Counted from the first letter of the stretch, positions 35,002 to 47,235 are shown. The stretch: DNA of 64,000 bases from Selaginella moellendorffii (GCF_000143415.4 NW_003314288.1:1172677-1236676), one strand, 5' to 3'. Program-made: numbers and translations. Notes: generated by a model not told the origin, from the letters alone.

Positions 35002-35252
35002 NNNNNNNNNNNNNNNNNNNNNNNNNNNNNNNNNNNNNNNNNNNNNNNNNNNNNNNNNNNNNNNNNNNNNNNNNNNNNNNNNNNNNNNNNNNNNNNNNNN
35101 NNNNNNNNNNNNNNNNNNNNNNNNNNNNNNNNNNNNNNNNNNNNNNNNNNNNNNNNNNNNNNNNNNNNNNNNNNNNNNNNNNNNNNNNNNNNNNNNNNNN
35201 NNNNNNNNNNNNNNNNNNNNNNNNNNNNNNNNNNNNNNNNNNNNNNNNNNNN
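35002..35252. other. Assembly gap (251 N)
   Basis: Run of n. Confidence 1.
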
Positions 35253-36583
35253 TCATTCAATTGTGCACTTCTAAGTCTTCGTCCACTCAGTACTGTTTGC
35301 ATGTTTTTATTTTAATTCTTTCTCTAAAATGTTATTTAGCATGTGGCTTCATGCCATTGCTCTCCACAATCATGCATTGAATTTTTCTATCCTTGCATAA
35401 TACTTCTCCATATATATAGCATGTGCGCACATGGTTCATTAGGCCTGATATAGTGTGTGAGGTAAAACAAAGATGATGTGACATATGCATTTACCAATCA
35501 CACGTGCATAAATCTAATAATATGGCGTGTGGCCTATATTAATGGCACATAAACCCATATTGTGGGCTTACGTGCTTTATGTACCATCATTCCCTTGCAG
35601 CGTGTGTGTTGGTTTCCTTTTATAACACAACGAACTCCATATTTTACGGTGAAGAGCGTTCTCATGGCAAGCACAAAATCTGTAAGTGAGGCAGAAAAGG
35701 AGACGGAGAAGGAGATAAGTGAAGATGTAGAATATATAAGTCTTCCAAACTCCCCATACTATACTCCAGGTGATCATTTTTCTGAACAAACGGCAACATT
35801 AACAACTATCGAGAACGCCCCAGTAACGTCAGAGACAACAATCCAAAGCAAAACAACTGACCCGGAGAAGGATGATAGTACCGCTGAGAGTACCAAAAAG
35901 GAGGTGTCCACTAGCGCTTAGGCTTATAATGGCATGTGCCCTCATGCCATTTACTTGATCACCAAATACCTTTTTCCCTTTGCACTAGTATATCTTAATA
36001 CCGGTCTGAGAAATAGAATGGCATGCCCTCAGGCCTTTTACTAAATCACCTTTGAAAGAAATGCAAGCCTCTATGTCGTAAATAAAAGGTACTAGAGAAA
36101 TTCCTTAATAATATGAATGTTATTTAGTTTTATGAAAATACACTAAGGGTCAAATGAGTTAAATGACTTCTCCAGACTAGCAATGCCTCTTGCTACACCT
36201 TCACAATTAGATTCGTTAGAAAAAGATAACATTGAATAATATCTAAATATTCTCACCATTAAGTTATATGTCTGGCTAATAGGAATGATGTTCATCTTGG
36301 AAAGCTCACCACACGCTCAATGAACAAACAAATAGTGTGTGCGCGCATGCCATCGCTCTTCTTTAGCTTCAGATTTGGCTTGTTCACCTTGACAATGAGA
36401 TTTATTATACAACCAGATGGACTCAATTTGGACACAAAGTCACCGCGCTAGTCACCATGCCCCAGATATGTCTAGCCCCTGGACAAAAAACATATAATTT
36501 CACGTCATTTTCAAATACTTGAAAATTTATACCTAGTCCCATTTTACTGAATAAATCCCACTTTAACGAAATAGAGAATAATA

Positions 36584-38759
36584 GATGAGTCTGTTGCGTT
36601 CCGCATAGCTCGTTTTCTCTTTCGTTGGCAACTCACCTCTCTGGTGAGCTTCCCGTGCCTCTAGATTCCTCAGCAACACTTCTTGTGCTAGACCATCGTT
36701 CTCATATGCTGTCCGCACATCGTCCCAGAAGGTTGTTGTTGTGCTCGATATCGCCAACCTCAAGCTCACTTTTTGACTTAGCGCATCCGCCATAATGTTG
36801 CTCTTCCCAAGCTTGTACAGAATCTCGCAATCAAACTCAGCCAAGGCATTGGCCCACTGACCTTGTTTCCCTCTTAGATCGGGTTGTGACAAGAAGTGTT
36901 TCGTTGCCACATTGTCCGTATAAACCTTGAAGTGTCTCCCAAGGTAGTGTCGCCACTCCTTGAGCGCCTTGACCACCACAAACAATTCTTTCTCGTGGGC
37001 AGGCCACTTCCTTTGAGCCTTGTCCAACTTCTTCGAGAAGAACGCTACTGGATGGTTGTCTCTCGTGGACACCAGGTTTAAGCAGGATTCTTTGGCCTTG
37101 CTTTGCCCTACCTTTAGATCCTGAGCCTCCACCCTAGATCTTCTTCCTTGGGCATTCGCCAGTACCACAAGGTTTCTACCTTGTCCATGCAAGGCTACCA
37201 TGAACCGATTGAACCAGTCCATTCTGAAGATTATGTCAAATCCCGCCATGTCCAACACGGTGAAATCCATATCCACTTTCCATGTCCCTACTTCGACTCT
37301 CGCTTGTCGAAGTACCTCATCGGTGCTTTGGCTACCTTGAACAAACTCTATAGTCCTTGGTTCGCCTAGCTGCTGCACCGTTAGTCCGGCTTGCCGGACT
37401 ATGTCTGCAGCCACAAAATTATCCGAAGCACCCATGTCAATAAGGATCTTAACAAAGCTACCTCCGAGCTTTCCTCGGAGGGCTAGTAGATGTCGCGAAC
37501 GACTCTCTACCAAAGTTGCTCGTGTAATGAGTAACTTTGAGTTAGGCTGGATCACATACCTCAGTTTGGACTTCACCCGATTTGATGGCCATATTGGCTC
37601 TGGCCTTCTTCGAGTAGGGACATTCCCTTGAAAAGTGTCCCGCTTCACCGCAGTTGTAGCATACGTTGTTTCCCATGCTGCTATACAACTTGACCTTCTT
37701 ATTCGTGGGTTTGTCTCTTTTCGCTTGACTCCCCCACGTACTCGCTCGCTGGCCACCGGATTTGCCTTTCCGGAACCCCGAGGACTCATTCTTAGAGAAA
37801 CTCTTCTTGAATTTCCCTCTGCTAAATGTTCCCCTTGGTTTGGCCCCTTTGCTAAACGTGGATCCCGACCCCATCGTGTTCCCCTTTTGCAGGTTATCGT
37901 TGAAATGCACCTTGATGGCCGCATCCAACGCTTCCTTGTAGTTGGTCTGGTTCCACCGCATCACTTCACCGCGAGCCCAGGTTTGCAAACCTGATATGAA
38001 GGCATGGAACACATCCATATCCCCCATGTCCGTGACAAGTATTCTCTTTGCCATAAACCCATTCACATACTCCTAAATGGTTCCGGTCTACTTCAGCTTA
38101 CTCAGCTCGTCCCTTAGATGCAGAGTAGCATTCGGAGGAACGTAAGTTGTGCGGATCCTCGCCTTCATCATTTCCCAAGTGGCCACCGGTCCTTCATTGG
38201 CCTCTATCGTTCTCCACCAAGACTTGGCATTATTTGCCAAGTATGGTTTTGCACATGGGACCTTCTCCGAGCTCGGTAACCGCAATGCTCGGAAGTAGTC
38301 CTCCATATCGTAAAACCAATCCTCTACCACCTTATAGTTGTTCACTCCCTTGAAGACCGGTGGGGGCTTTGGTTTGTACTTGGGAACTGCCTGAGGGACT
38401 GATTCCACTTCGGTCTGTTCGACCTTGTTTGGTTTTGCCTCAGTCCCTGCCGAAGGGTCCACACCTTTTGCGCTACTAGCATCCGCAGTCTTTCGCTTTT
38501 TCTTCCACTTCTCGTCACGCTTTAGCTTCCATACGAGAGTCTTTATCATGGCATTGGTTTGTGCCAATTGTCCTTCTAGAACGTCCAATCGAGCCTTGGA
38601 CGACCGAACCTCGCCACCGGACTCCTGTTTGGAAGTTTCCTCACTAGAGTCCTCCTCATGCAAGGATTCCTCATCCATAGCCTCTTGTTCGACCGGAGGC
38701 TCCAGCTCTGGCGGAGGTTCTGTCTCCGCCTGGGTTCGCTTACGCCCTGCCTTTGCCAT
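36584..38759 (-). pseudogene. gag - protease - RNase H part of element B (RT absent)
   Basis: Gag 38759-37542 with two in-frame TAG stops and a CCHC knuckle. The pol frame runs from protease directly to HPVAFFSKKL...EKEL...WRHYL (RNase H). Confidence 0.85.
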
Positions 38760-38818
38760 CTCCCAGCAATCCGCCTCTATCCTTGGCTAAACCTGAGGAA
38801 AAGGCTCCGATACCAAAT

Positions 38819-39989
38819 TGTAAGCCACAAATTTTTCCTTTCCAATTTGCCAGCTTACCTCGTCTATCCGGCCAACTCTACCTTGGCTTGTGCTAAGTTC
38901 CCTCGCCAAGGTTCTCGCCTATGGTACCAACTCCTACTTGGTCCTACTTGGTTTCAGCTACTCACTACACGAGCAATGGAGTGTTAGCCATCCATCTACG
39001 GATTCCCAAATCTCTCCCAATCCCCCTCCCCGGGTTAGACTGGACTTAAGGTTCGGCTACACTCCCTGCAGGCACAAGCAGCCAAGCACACCAAGCCTCC
39101 AGATTCCTAACACCCCTTGGTACCACAAGACTTGATCATGGGACCCTCTAAATCCCAAGCCTTGGGTGCAGCACTTGCTTCGGGACGTCGGGGCAAAACA
39201 CCGTGGCCTAACGGCCCGGTATGGGTACCTCTACCCCCCCCACTTCCATCCTGAAGGGAAGGCCCAAGCCCCTAGGAAGGGCGAGGACCAATGAGCCACA
39301 AGGTACTCAAGTGGGGCACCACTCCACATGAGCCGGGAGCACCGCAGTCGGTTTCCCTTTCAGGAGTGGGAGCTGCTCTTGAGCACTTCCTTGGGTGGCC
39401 CCTCCGGCACCACCCAAGCCCATGCTCACTCCCACCCAAGGCCCCTCGGCCCCAATCTCAACCTCAAGTCAGTTTGGAAGCACCACTGGAGAGTTCCATC
39501 AAGACTGGTTCCTGGACCTCCCTATCCCTACTATACTTTTGGAACCCTTTGCAGCCCCCCCCCCCGCCCCCCCCCCCCTGGGAGACGCACGCTTTGGGCT
39601 TTCACCCCTTGAGCTGTATTAGTATTTGGACTTAGTCTCAGAATCGATCTCGGACTCGATCTCGGACCCGACTTTGGACTCGGTCTCGGACTCGATTTCG
39701 GACTTGATCTTGGACCTGATCTCAGACTCGACTTTGGACTCGACCTCGGACTCAATCTTGGACCCGATTTGGATCTCAGACTCTGTCTCGAACTCGGTCT
39801 CAAACTCGGTCTCGAACTCGGTCTCCGATTCGGCCTCGGCTCGATCCCGGACTCTATCTCAAACTCAGTCTCTGAGTCAGTCTTGGACTTGATCTTCGAC
39901 TCGGTCCCATCCGATGAACTCTTTGTCATTTCGGTCATGCTTTCGGGGATCCTTTAGCCTACGACATCACGAGGAGTCGGTTCCTTACA
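38819..39989 (-). repeat. 5' LTR of element B
   Basis: Matches 20459-21600; PBS adjacent. Confidence 0.92.
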
Positions 39990-42900
39990 CATATGTCTTC
40001 TTACCCCCAAAATGACTGACCTCTGGACGATCATGATAGTGGAATAAAACTTGAGTAATTAGCACATCCACCCATAGCAAATACACATGGCCATTTTAGT
40101 AAAGAATCCCATCCACCAATGAGAAAGGTGCTTCCATCTGGGCTTGCAATGAGACCACCTCAGCATTCTGAGCCTAAGCACGCTCAACCAACTGCCCAAA
40201 TTCGCTGACCATTTTACTCAAATGATGACAAAACTGTGTTTGTAATGCCATCATATGGCAAACACGAGATAAAGCATCTGCCACCACATTCAATTTTCCT
40301 AGACGATGCTCAATAGGAAACTCCTTAAACTCCATAAGTTTGACCATCCAACGAGCTTGTCTAGTGTTCAACTCCTTCTGTATGAAAAGATATACAAGGG
40401 GTTTATGATCCATCAACACTGTGAACACTACACCATAAAGATAGTGCCACCACATCTGCAAAGCATGAACAATAGAGAATAACTCGTGTTCATATGTGGA
40501 ATAGTGTTACTTCATGGGATTCAAAGTTCGACTCTCATATGTAATAGATTATCCCTCTTGCATGAAAACTCCTCCCAGTGCATAACCACGCGCATCACAT
40601 GTCACTTCATAAAGTTTTGATGGATCAACAATGTGAAACACTGGAGCTTCACTTAACAATTGTTTCAATGCCACAAAACTATCCTCATGTGGCTTCTTCC
40701 ACTCGAATGACACATTGTTGTGCAACAATTGTGTCAAAGGAATAGCTACCTCTGTAAACTTATGCTGAAAATGTCAACAATAATTAACCATACCAAGGAA
40801 ACTGTGTAACTTAGCTACTGAAGTCGGTGTGGGCCAATTTTCCACCACAACCACCTTCCTTGGATCCATCTTAACACCCTTAGATGTCACAATATGGTTT
40901 AGATATTTCACCTCCGACTTTGCAAACTCACATTTGCTCTTCTTTGCATAAAGTTTGATGTCACGGAGTAACAAAAGAACCTTGCGCAAATGCATCTTAT
41001 GCTCTTCCATATTCTTACTGAAAAAAAGAATATCATCCAAGAAAATCTTCATAAACTCATGGAGATAATGCCCAAAGACCTCAGTCATCAACCAAGTAAA
41101 TTTGGCTGGTGCATTTGTCAAACCAAACAACATAACCGTAAACTCAAAATACCTGAAACTCGTATTAAATGACGTTTTGGAAATAAATGCATCATCCATA
41201 GCAATCTGATAATATCCACTCCTCAAATCAATCTTAACAAACATTCGTGCTTCACCAAGCTTGTCTAAGATATTATCCACATATGGCATCAGCATTTTGT
41301 CCTTCATGGTCTTTTTGTTCACAGCACGGTAATCAATACACATCTTCATTGAACCATCCTTCTTCTTCACAAGCAAAACAAAAGCACCAAACGGAGACTT
41401 AATTGAATAAATCCAAACTTAAGTAACTCCTTGACTTGTTGTTAAACTTTTTGCTCCTCAGCATAATTCAATTGAAATGGATGCTGGTAAATTGGCTGCA
41501 TCCCTGGCTCCAGCATAATCCCATACTCCACACCTCATAATGGAGGCAATCCATGAGGAATTTTAGAGGCAAAAACATTAGAGAACTCTTCGAGTATAGT
41601 CCGCACTGTTGGCTCTCCTCCACATGTGGCTTGGTCCCCCAAGTCATGAACAAACAGCAAGTAACTTGAAAATGTTTTTCCATTACGACAAACCCACTTC
41701 AAAGATGTAGCGGAGAGCATAACAATTAGGGGTTGAACTCCCTCTCCAAACCACATATCTTTAATGCCACCATACTCTAATGAGACACACTTAAGACTCC
41801 ACTTTATTTCTAGATCCACCTTCACTAACCATGGCATCCCAAAAATGAGATCCATACAATGAAGATCTGTGAGATAAAAAGTCTCTATAAGTGTGGTTTT
41901 GCCAACCAACACTTCCAGCCCTTCTACACAAGTATCGAAATGCTGAGTAGAAGTAGTTGCACCTTCCACCATATATGGAAAAACTCTTCATGTCACCAGG
42001 CCATGCTCCTCAACAAACTTTGTGGAAACAAAGTTGTCATTGCTCCCACTGTCCAGTAAAATCCACACTGGACCGCCACAAAACACACCCTCTAACATTA
42101 AAGCTGATGTATGAGTGTCCTCGACCTTCATCTTGTTCCACACATAGTTAAGTTGATGAGAAATGATCAAAAGCCTCTTCCTCCAACCAGAATGGTCATC
42201 CCCATCATCCTTGCGCTGCAAAGTTTGCAACTTCTTAATATCTAATTTACCATCAATAGAAGGGCCATTCTTGTTGCTATGTTGTTTGCTATTCAGTTGT
42301 GAACAATCGGCTTTATAATATCCCTTGCCACAATAATGACAACCTTGTCTATAATTCTTCATAAAAAATTTCTACTTCTTTAACCCCTATGTACCCAAAG
42401 TAGCCACCATAGATTTCAACTTGTGATATTTATTCCCATCCTTGTGTCCACAATGATCATCATGATGATTCTCAACAGAAAGACTCCTTGAATGCTTGTG
42501 AGACTTATACTTGTCATTGTTAAGTCAATGAGCAGCATCAAAGAGCTCCTCCAAACTCTTTGTAGGCTAAAAATGACGCAAGTGTTGCTATATGCTCTCA
42601 TTATGAAAGCCATCAATGAAGTAGGACTTGTTTTGATCTGGATCCTTCATTGGAACACGGCTAATCAAGCGAGTCAGCTTCTCAATATAGTCCCCAAGCT
42701 TCATTTTTCCTTACTGAAAACGTTGAAGTTCGGTGTGAGCATTCTCTACATCATAGTGAAGGGCAAAATGTAAACAAAAAGCAGCTTCAAACTCATCCAT
42801 CGTAGACATTAGTGGTTTCTTATACGCAGCACAAAACTCCTCAAGCTAATTCCACCACCAAAGACCCACATCACGCAAAACCATTGGAATAGCCACTAAA

Positions 42901-43519
42901 GCCTTTGCATCTGGAGTTCCTCTAGCAGTCAAGAACTAGCTAGCCAAGTTAGACACTTATACACACCACCATCACCTAAAAAGGTTGGCATCTTAAGTCG
43001 ATCTGCCAAGAAAGGCTTATTTGGAGTGCCACCACGACCAGCTTCGAGTGCCTTAACATGCTCACACAAGGTACCTATCATGCCATGCATCTTGTCTTGC
43101 ATCTCTTGCTGATTTTTATTAAGGGCTTGTACCTTGTGCACAATATCTTCCATAGTCCAAACCTCTACAACTCTATTAACACTATTAGCAGCACCACCAT
43201 CGACAATAAGATTCCAGCGTTCAGCTTAGTTAGCCATCACAACCAATGCCTCTTATACCAATGTTATAACCCAGCATAAAAAATCAACAATTTAGTCTTC
43301 TTAAACTAAATTACACCTCCTTTTGAGGTTCTTCACTGCCCAACCACCCCCAAGCTACCTCAAAAGCTCCTTCTCAAGTTCCTTACCCTAACATACCTTT
43401 ATAAACCCTTGAGCCTCCCTTTGACCGACCTTGACCACGTGGTCAATAACAAATTGCCACACTTTGTTGTAATATATCCCCAACATTAGCACTCAAAACA
43501 TTGAGGTCTTCTACCATAC

Positions 43520-45660
43520 CCTTGATCTCCATCCCCAAACACAAGCATGCTTACTATAGTAGTTTCCATGATCATTATAACCACCTAAAGTAATTGCCAT
43601 TTGCTCTTCAAATGTTAAAAGAGAATTCTCTAGGTTGAGATAAGCCATCCATATGTTCATCTTTTCCATTTCTTCTCGATAAATTATCTTTTCCAATGCC
43701 CTATAAAAAAGAGCTTGGATTGTAACATCTAAAGAAAAATAGAATCAAATGCGAGTAGAGTGTTACCTTTCAGCCACTGCTCGCACCTTGTCCAGGTCCG
43801 CAAGACACAACCAATAAGCCATGCATTTGATTCACACGTAGCTACTATTTGGTGACGCTGCTACAAGCCTTTCAAAGTCGTCCTTGGTCTCTGGAGGCTG
43901 GTCCTTCTGTAATAACTTCTCTTTTGCTGCAGCCTCCCTGTTGAGAAGCAGGACATGAGAAGAGTAAATATAAACAAGAAGTAACTCTGCTCTTTCAAGT
44001 CAATTGGCACTGTATCCTCAACGTCTTTGTTGAGAGTGGATCGACATGCATAGCTGTGGGAATCGTTTTGATGCCAGATCCAAGTAGTCCTCCTCCTCCC
44101 TCTCATCATTATCCATGAGCACATTTGTGTTCGAAGGCTCTTCACTTATAGCTTCTTCCTCCATCGTCTCGATGCCATCCTCAGGGGTCAGATATGATGC
44201 TTTCATTCCAAGAGATATACGTTTGGTTTCCGCATCAACCTGTAGAGGGAAATCATAACCCTGTGGTTTTACTAAAGCTTTCGTTCTCACCTTTAGAATC
44301 TTTACTTGAACCCATTGGCCAACTTTGTAAAGTGTTGACAAGTCTTGAATAAAATCGTAAAACACTTCAGAGACATGACACAAGCAACCTGGAGCACAGA
44401 CTAAGAACTTGAAACCAAGATAGAGAGAGAGCTTACCACATCGCTCTCGGCAAGGCTGATGAAGATCCCAAATGCTTCAATGTTGTGTATGCGGCCACTA
44501 ACGATCTCTCCAGCACCAAACTTCTTCCAGCCACTTGAATCTTGTGACGTTGTTGCCGTCAAAGACATTTCAATGTGCCCAGACAATGGCTCAATGCTTA
44601 AAATTCTGACGAAGAAGAAGATATCAGCAAACACTTCCATACGGAGAAAAGTTCATACCTTCCCGATATCACCTTGCCTGGTGGAAACATTTCTGCAGGG
44701 TTTTGTACAAACGAGTTCGATAGGTTCTTCAGTTGAATTCTAGCTTCAAGTGAAGGTGACAGGACCACAAAAAAACCTTTCTCCGTCACATTCTTGACAA
44801 AACCCTGCAACACAAAAACAAGTCACGTCCACAGCATGCAAGGTTTCTGCTTACTTGCACTTCATATCTTGCTTAAGTTCTAACACGGAATTGACAATAC
44901 GAGCACTGGATGCAGAGTCAAAAAAATTTAATGCAAATCTCGGAAGTAGTGTTTGATAGCTTGGAAGGGACTCAAAACCACCACGTCCACCAACTTACTG
45001 AAAGTTCCAAGCCCATCTTTCCCCTCCCTGGTCGTTTTAAATCCAAGACCCTGCACCTTACGAACTGTCCCTCTGTAAATAAACTGGTTGGGTCATCAAT
45101 CCATGTATCGTTACATGAACTTTTCCGAAACTTTCCCATCTGCCTTGCACAGTATGTCCACCAACACCAGCAAAAACTTGTGTGATTCGTTGGCTTAACA
45201 GGTCGCCTTTCTTGAATTGTTCGTCACTTGCTTTCGGGTGTAGAGACAAATCCACTTGCTTCCTTTCGTGGTTAACACTTCTTATATGGCACTGGAACAG
45301 GTCACCTACTTTGAAGTGCTCTTTAAAAATCGTTCAAGCTCCGAGGGATCGTCAGACGTGTCCAGTATTAAAAGGCAGCCTTTAAGATGGGGTGAGAGGA
45401 CTAGCCATGCCCAGTTGTCCTTTACTTCTTGAACGTATCTGATAACCGACTGTTCAATGGTTACGGTCTCGAAGGTAATCACTGAGCATGCAGCATCGTT
45501 TCCTGCAAGTCATGATAAGTAAGCTAATTCAAAGGGCCACCATACAGACCTGCAAGCTCAGATGGACGTAGAGATAAATCCAAAGTGGCAGCATTTCTGT
45601 GCTTTCTGCTGGTTTTGCGTTTTGAAAGGATTTTAGCTCGAACAGTCTGCTCAACACTGT
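43520..45660 (-). pseudogene. RRP5: RRP5 (rRNA biogenesis, S1-repeat/HAT protein) partial intron-containing pseudogene
   Basis: S1 repeats QGFVKNVTEKGFFVVLS, GEIVSGRIHNIEAFGIFI, CHVSEV...YKVGQWVQVKILKVDAETKRISLGMKASY and HAT segment REEMEKMNIWMAYLNLEN. Frameshifts present; 5' two-thirds missing. Confidence 0.8.
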
Positions 45661-45949
45661 ATTTTTTTAATGGGTTCCCTTCTTCATAATGATCAAGACA
45701 TTTGAGGAGTTAAAAGACAGACTGGAAAACAGAAACGAACCTCTGTAATGTGCACATTCCCACGTAAGGAGCAGTGGCTGTCCATCGGACAGGGCTTGTT
45801 TGCCAGTCCTAGAACTATTGAGTGTTGCAGCCTCCATGAGGCGATTTCTTGGGTGATTTGTGCCCTGTGCAGTATGAGAAAGAAGCGACGATTCACAGAA
45901 GAATTCTAGAAACATGGAGCTCAATCTTGGAAATGTGATCATGAGCATA

Positions 45950-46380
45950 GCAGGAAGTTTTGAGCAAGAGGACCTTGGTCTCTTGGAATGCAATGGTCAC
46001 TGCAAATGCCTAGAATGGGTGTCTTTTGAAAGTGCTTAAGCTGTTGGATTTCATTCCGGCACCTTTTGTGAATGCATTGATCACCACCCATGGCAGATCA
46101 AGGATCCTAGCTCAAGCAAGAAACATGTTTGATCAAATCTTGTGCAAAACTGTGAGCTCCTGATCACCCCCATGATCTAACTGTAAGCCCAGTAAGGACA
46201 ATCCAGCAAAACCTTATTAAATCTTTGCATAACTTACCTTTATCAGTGTCTTAGCGACACCAGCCTAACAAGCAAGATCCAGGAGAACTTTTGTATCAAA
46301 CACTACAGCCACTTGATTATATTGTTGCCCATTGCATGGAGAAGAAGCTCAAACTTCTTCTATCACTGTGATACTCTACT
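45950..46380 (+). pseudogene. Highly degenerate PPR gene remnant
   Basis: Fragments such as VNALITTHG..ILAQARNMFDQILCKTVSS* and SKTLLNL resemble PLS motifs; many stops. Confidence 0.4.
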
Positions 46381-47235
46381 ATGAGGAGCAAGTAAAAAGT
46401 TCCTTGTTTTCTGTTTATGGACATGCTATAAAGACAAACACATCAGACTACTAAAAAAAAAGTGAACTTTTGACTAGTAATAATGTTCTCAAAGGAAAGT
46501 AAAGTGAGTACATCATATAAATTTTTTATTTATGTAAAAATTGACAATATCAAAGCAAACCAAACATTGTTGCATAGTGCAATGCAGAAAATTATATCTA
46601 TTTGAGTTCGGCTAAGGTTAGTTAGTGTAGATGGTATTGTGTAGCAACTCTTATTTTCCTCTCGTGCCCAACTCCTCTAGTGGCTCTTACTTTCCTCCAA
46701 TGCAACATATCTCCTCCCTCCAACACTCTTCCTGTAGCAACTCTCCTCCATGTCCTCTAGTTCTCCTCCTGCAACAACTCTCTTCCACATTGTACTTTTG
46801 CCAATCCTACTCTTGGATTTTTCAGTTTTTTTTTATTTTCATCAAATCGTTCTTTCTCACCCTCTAGCTCCTCCAAAACCCTTTGTGCATTGAGTCTCCT
46901 CCAGCTCCTCCAGCACTCCTCCTATAGCAGCTCTCCAGCTCCTCCAGCACTTCTCCTGCAACAGCTCTCCTCCAACTCCTCTAGCACTCCTCCTACAACA
47001 GCTCTCCTCTAGCTCCTCTAGTAGATGGCTATGCCACGGCTAAGGCCAGCCAAGGTAGTGCTAGCCATGGCCGAGACCTTGTGCCACCATGGCTGTGCTT
47101 GCTATGGGCCATTGGTGGTGTAACTTTGGCCCTAGCTGTATGGTTATAGATACCACAGCCAAGGACAATCAAGGCAATCAAGGTTGCCAGTGGTTGTGGT
47201 AAGCTTGGCAAAACATTATCTTTTATGTTGAGAAA

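Larger units (their letters stand above)
23841..35950. repeat. Dispersed 22-bp palindrome family, consensus ATGGCRTGWGGCCWCAYGCCAT, about 20 copies
   Basis: Copies start at 23841, 24918, 24993, 26592, 26783, 26924, 28423, 29697, 29757, 29834, 30646, 31860, 31958, 32028, 33631, 33688, 35336, 35929; weaker copies near 23553, 35416, 35522. Confidence 0.9.
23455..36579. mobile_element. 13.1-kb TIR DNA transposon C (Sola-like), inserted in pol of element B
   Basis: Perfect 21-bp inverted repeat CTCTATTTCGTTAAAGTGGGA 23458-23478 / 36556-36576. AATA (or TAATA) duplicated at 23451-23454 and 36580-36583. Excision restores host pol RNRLIYYKQTRVYVP. Confidence 0.9.
20459..39989 (-). mobile_element. Ty3/gypsy chromovirus B, non-autonomous (no RT), nested in A
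   Basis: LTRs 20459-21600 and 38819-39989 (TGTAAG...CTTACA). TSD CATAT 20454-20458 and 39990-39994. PBS TGGTATCGGAGC just inside 38818. Gag with CYNCGEAGHFSREC, protease LIDMGAS, RNase H, integrase, chromodomain EYEVEAIL...VKWKGF...TWEP. Confidence 0.93.
19089..43451 (-). mobile_element. Ty3/gypsy LTR retrotransposon A (old, degenerate, outermost layer of nest)
   Basis: Diverged LTRs 19089-19306 and 43262-43451 (TG...CA). TSD AATTG at 19084-19088 and 43452-43456. tRNA-Met-type PBS TGGTATAAGAG next to 43261 and PPT GAAGGGAAGAAT 19307-19318. Broken gag/PR (LLDSGS)/RT (FGLTNAP, FLDDIL)/RH at 40.0-43.2 kb; integrase at 19.3-20.45 kb. Confidence 0.9.

Noticed and set aside
34954-35302. Poly-X ORFs
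   Set aside because: Artefacts of the N gap.
23841-35950. Palindrome copies as a CRISPR array or MITE family
   Set aside because: Irregular spacing from tens of bp to kb, no uniform spacers, no cas genes, no TSDs, eukaryotic context.
46640-47030. CTC/CTCC-rich repeats encoding Glu/Leu coiled-coil-like fragments on the minus strand
   Set aside because: Multiple stops, no assignable family; lies outside the putative Harbinger end.
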